Assembly: GCA_030704615.1 (NCBI GenBank) | Contig: CM060734.1 | Span: 53,444,001 to 53,508,000, forward strand | DNA length: 64,000 nt | Direction: 5' to 3' | Origin: Takakia lepidozioides | Lineage: Eukaryota > Plantae > Bryophyta | Shown: positions 59,871-64,000 of the stretch, in pieces | How positions within the stretch are numbered: the stretch's first letter is position 1 | Layout: each line of letters starts with the position of its first letter | Program-made: the position numbers and the translations under genes | Notes under the pieces: model-generated | What the model was told of the DNA's origin: nothing | Databases searched by the model: none | What the model saw: only the letters and a program-made list of their open reading frames with translations

Positions 59871-61680
59871 GGCGAAACAGGGGCTGTATGGATCATATCT
59901 TCACTCTAAGCCAGATTATCCAGGGAAGGAAAAAAGAAGGGAAACCCACTTATGTTTTTTTCCTGGATGTCAAAAAGGCTTATGACACAGTGTGGAGAGA
60001 TGGCCTATGGTTCCGCCTCTGGTCTTGTGGGATCAAGGGAAGGATGTGGAGAGTTGTCCACAACTTGTATGCTCACACCAAAAGCTGTGTCACTGTTAAG
60101 GGACAGAAGTCCAACTTCTTTGACATAGACCAAGGTGTAGCTCAAGGATGTGCTCTCTCCCCTCTGCTATTCAATGTTTTCATCAATCAACTCCTCGAGG
60201 ATGTGGAAAGTGAGGGATTTGGGTTAAGGGTGGGTGATACCACCATACCAGCCCTTATGTTTGCGGATGACTTCGCAGGCATAGGGGAGACTCCAACCAA
60301 TCTCCAGGAGTTGATTGATTGCGCGAAGAGATACTTTGATCTTTGGGGGCTAGAGGCTAATGTCAGCAAATGTGCAGTGGTAGCATTCAACGATAGAGGG
60401 GAGGGAGGAAGTGACCTTAAGTGGGGTAGCCAAGAGATCCCGGTCCTCCCTTCCTACACTTACCTGGGCGGGTGTTGACAATTGTAATTGGGATGCACAT
60501 ATCCGGAAAGTTGTTCAAACTGGCAAGGGCAAAGCTCTGGGGCTCACTAAATTTTTTAACTGCAGAGGGGTCAACTCTGAGGTTAAGAAAACCATGCTTT
60601 GTCGCGTTATTAGACCTGCCTTGGAGTACGGATCTGCAATATGGGTTGATAACTCCAACCAGGCTAAGAATCCATTCAAGTGGGGGTGCTTAAGGAGTGT
60701 ATGTCAGCATGCTCCAAAACAGCCAATGTGGCTGTTCGGGGTGAGTTTGGCATTCCGTCCTTAAGCTCCCGACGAGATGAATTCAAGGTCAGATGGTGGG
60801 GTCAGCTGCAACATATGCCCAACACCAGATATCCTAAGTTAATCGACTCTATATCTTGGAAACAGGACCGCCCTGTCAAACAGGCCAAGTCCTGGCAGAA
60901 GAGATTGTACTCATAAGACGTTGTTTGCCGTAGCCTTGTGGCCATTGACCCCGCGCCCAGTTTGAGCGGGAACAAAAGGGAACAAAAGCAGAAGAGAGTA
61001 GAAGAGATTCTCAAGGACCTGGACCTGGATCCGCAAGTCTTGACCCTGCTGGATAAATCTGACTTAGAGGCTGTAGTGTCCAAAGCCATGTCTGTTGCCA
61101 TGAGATCGTCTGATGAAAATGAAGTTAGGCAGAAAACTTCCCTCAACTTGTTTCCAGTCAGTGACATGGGGGAGGACATCTTGGATGACCTCAAGGGTCT
61201 ACCCACTCTCGGCACTAGACTGAAATTTAAACTCAGGGCAGGAAGCCTACCTTTGAACAGCAAACAGAAGCAGAGAGGAAAGGGAGAGTGCAATTGTCCG
61301 TTGTGTGGGCAATCTGAAGACAGTATTCATTTTCTGATACACTGTCCGGGGTTCTCTCACCAAAGAGACGCTCTCTTCAAATCTATCAAGGGAATTGTGC
61401 CTGTACCCCTGTTTACCAACTTTGAAAGTCTCGAGGCTGAGCCAAAAGCCCAGGCCCTCCTGAGGCCTAGTTTTTGGGCAAATCACACACAGCAGATTGA
61501 TGCTTGTGTGAAGGGATTTCTAGAGGATATCTGGAAAACCCGGATTAATTCTATATATGAAGGTAAGTCTTACTACCAACGTCAGCCCCTGACAGAGGTA
61601 GGTTCTATCCCTTTTGTTCCCGCTCAAACTGGGCGCGGGGTCAATGGCCACAAGGCTACGGCAAACAACGTCTTATGAGT
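59871..61680 (+). mobile_element. 5'-truncated non-LTR retrotransposon, RTE-X-like RT plus C-terminal CCHC finger
   Basis: RGCMDHIFTL, FLDVKKAYDTVWRDGLW, QGCALSPLLFNVFIN, LMFADD, YTYLG, LEYGSAIW, AVRGEFG, CPLC...HFLIHCP; frameshifts present. Confidence 0.88.
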
Positions 61681-62226
61681 AATCTTTCAGATTAGCTCTA
61701 CGTCATTTTCTTGCTCCAGGCTCATCTCTTTCCTGTGTTTTCCCATGCAAAGTACTTCAAACTAAGAACAAACCCTGGCTTGGAAGTGGTCTACACCCCT
61801 ACAACTACTGCTACCGGACTACCTCTAATGAACTTGGTGGCATGAAGGCACAGCCAAAGGTTCTAAATGAGAGAGAAGAAAGGTGTCCCGGCCAATAAAA
61901 TACGTCTGACCCAAAATCTGTTTGTATGACCCAAGCAGATCAGGGGACTACAAGACTGACTATTAAATAGAAACTGTGGCCTGCCCCACAAGAAAACCAT
62001 CAAAACCAAGATGCAGCAGTTGTCATGCAATGGTAATGGGTCACAGTAAGACCTGATGGTAGGCAAAATGACACGGTGCTTCAAAAGCACTGGATCTTGG
62101 TTCTGAGGCAATCACTATTCACAAATGTGGCACCTACAGACTCCATAACAGCTTTTCCATTTCGCGTCTTCCTTCCATAACTTGTTTCCTATTTGGCATA
62201 ACCTTAGGCAAGAAATAGAAGCCAGA

Positions 62227-63580
62227 CTACACTAATGTTTTATCGGTAATGTTGCAAGCTGAACCCACCTGTTGTGTTGTTTGTAAGCATTCACGACCAC
62301 TTGTGCTCTCCACAATGAGCACCTCCTCTGACCTCTCTATGGACCCATAACCGGTAACTAACCTATTTATTAAGCTGACTTCTGTTGGCATTATCTCTCT
62401 CTCTGTGTCTAGTAGCCTAACATCGTCAGTGATACACTCTTCCCTCTGTGTTTGCATGCCTGCAGGATCTGCATGGCTGACCTGGCCTTCTGAATTGCCA
62501 GGAGTAGGAACTTCTTTCCCATCAACTACCACAACACGTTGGCAGGATTCCAAAGGACCTGGATTCATGGACTGTACTCCACCAACTGCAAGGCGTGTGG
62601 CAGCTGCTGTCCCAACGTAAGACACTTGACGTTGTTTGATTGCAAGGTGCCGTGCTGTCTCCAAGGCTGCCTGCGCGTCCTCGGAATCAGGCTGCTCACA
62701 CAGCACACGAAGTTCCACCAAAAAGGGTCATGAGAGGAAAACATACCAACTACGTAACCTGCTCTTTTACCACGGCAAATGCCAAATAATTAGAAGCAAC
62801 AAATCTTCCTAGAAGAGCCACAATAAACGTCAAAATAATCATTAATTATGAACTTTTCGGTCTTCAAAACGATAGCTGAAGTGCTGGGGCACAGACAGTA
62901 AGACTGTCTCAGTTACTAGAATAGTTATCCTCCAGTACTGATGCTGCAATAAATCACTATAGGCGACCCGCCCTCGAGGAGATAAGTACCCCTGGTGGGG
63001 AAGGGGCTCTTAGTTTGGTTGGCATCATTGCTCTCTCTCTCTTTTCCCTATCAACCTTCTGCTGCAAGAACTCTAAGGCACCTCGAGATTTGTGCAGGGA
63101 GTCAGAACAATACTGGCTCACTCAAGATCCTTCATTGCTCGGCCTTCCCTGATATGGATGCACAGCATGCTACACATGATGCATCAAAGGAGGAATCTAC
63201 CTGAATCTGCAATGCTGTCTGGGAAGTGACAACAGCCAAACCAGGCTCACCATAGTTGAGCTGGGCCCTTGCAAGGGTAATCCATGCCTGCAGACATCAG
63301 CAATACCATTTTCATTTTCCATATCATCCGACCCTGTTCAACCAGCACCACCCACCCTCCCACCTGTTTATAACCCCCCCTCGCTAAATGTGGCTAGTCA
63401 ACATCCAGTCCTTACCAGCCCAAGAGAATGAACGATTACCAGAATTTCTAGACAAAGTAGCCATAGCAATTGTATACAACACCCATAATGACATTACTGC
63501 AGTTGCACCCCACCATGTGAGTCCTGAACCGACAGAGAAGAGGTGTACCTCAGGCCATGATGGCTGGAGCTCTGTGGCAC
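62227..63580 (-). CDS. TTC33: TPR protein, TTC33-like, 3' exons 63549-63580, 63201-63287, 62227-62691 (5' part beyond the window)
   Basis: Spliced ATELQPSWPE/AWITLARAQLNYGEPGLAVVTSQTALQIQ/PDSEDAQAALETARHL matches the plant TTC33 pattern (ATELEPSWAEAWITLGRAQLNFGEP); GT-AG introns in phase. Confidence 0.82.
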
Positions 63581-64000
63581 CTGCAGCATCAGACAGTCCA
63601 GGTCAGCACAGCATGCAACCCGCTTTGCATAGCCGCGCCCTCCCTCACTCTATGCCTGTCCAAACCCTGCATGAACTGCCTCAGCATGCAGTAGAGAAAG
63701 ATAATTGAACTTAGGCTCTCAGTCATTTTGCACCATTATTCACCACCTCTTGAAGTAAACAAGTTATTTGTCATGGAATCTTCAGCACAGAAGCAGTTGT
63801 TCGGTTAAAAGTCTGCCTTTGTGTAAATGATTCCTTGGTTCCAATGCAAGCTTCCCGCATAAGATTCTTCCCTTTGATCTGTCAGTGACGGCTTCCTACA
63901 ACACGATGGCTTGTCAAGGTCTTGCAAAAAAGCCCCTGCTGGACTCTAACTCTCACAGGGTATGATTCTCAGCTCCACCTGTCGCTTGAGCACATCAAAC

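Overview
Eukaryotic nuclear DNA, most likely from an RNA-editing non-seed land plant (GT-AG introns, DYW-PPR gene, chromovirus-type Ty3/gypsy, RTE-X-like LINE); the organism assignment is inference. Host genes: a multi-exon gene with a phytochrome-like PAS domain running off the left edge (-), an EXPERA/TMEM97-like gene (-), an intronless plastid 4-alpha-glucanotransferase DPE1 (-), a PLS-E-DYW PPR editing factor (-), and the 3' exons of a TTC33-like TPR gene at the right edge (-). The centre (about 21.9-49.5 kb) is one probably full-length L1-type LINE carrying a nested pile of insertions and rearrangements. (i) A non-autonomous CACTA element in ORF1 contains a complete LTR chromovirus whose zinc-knuckle/protease segment is inverted at a 6-bp inverted microhomology. 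(ii) A ~415-bp templated patch replaces part of the LINE endonuclease. (iii) An unclassified ~12-kb DNA transposon-like element ends in ...AGGG|TTAA. It encodes a spliced DUF7869/Sola-like transposase with two TNP1-like N-terminal domains and a divergent FCP1/NIF-phosphatase-like cargo gene, and carries 7 dispersed copies of a CpG-rich palindrome (AACCTCGCGCGATCGCGCGTGGTT), a fold-back duplication and a tRNA-Gly-like SINE. (iv) A ~13-kb inversion flips most of that element together with the LINE RT domain. Element (iii) and its palindrome family are the best candidate for an undescribed system. All calls were made by eye, without database searches.
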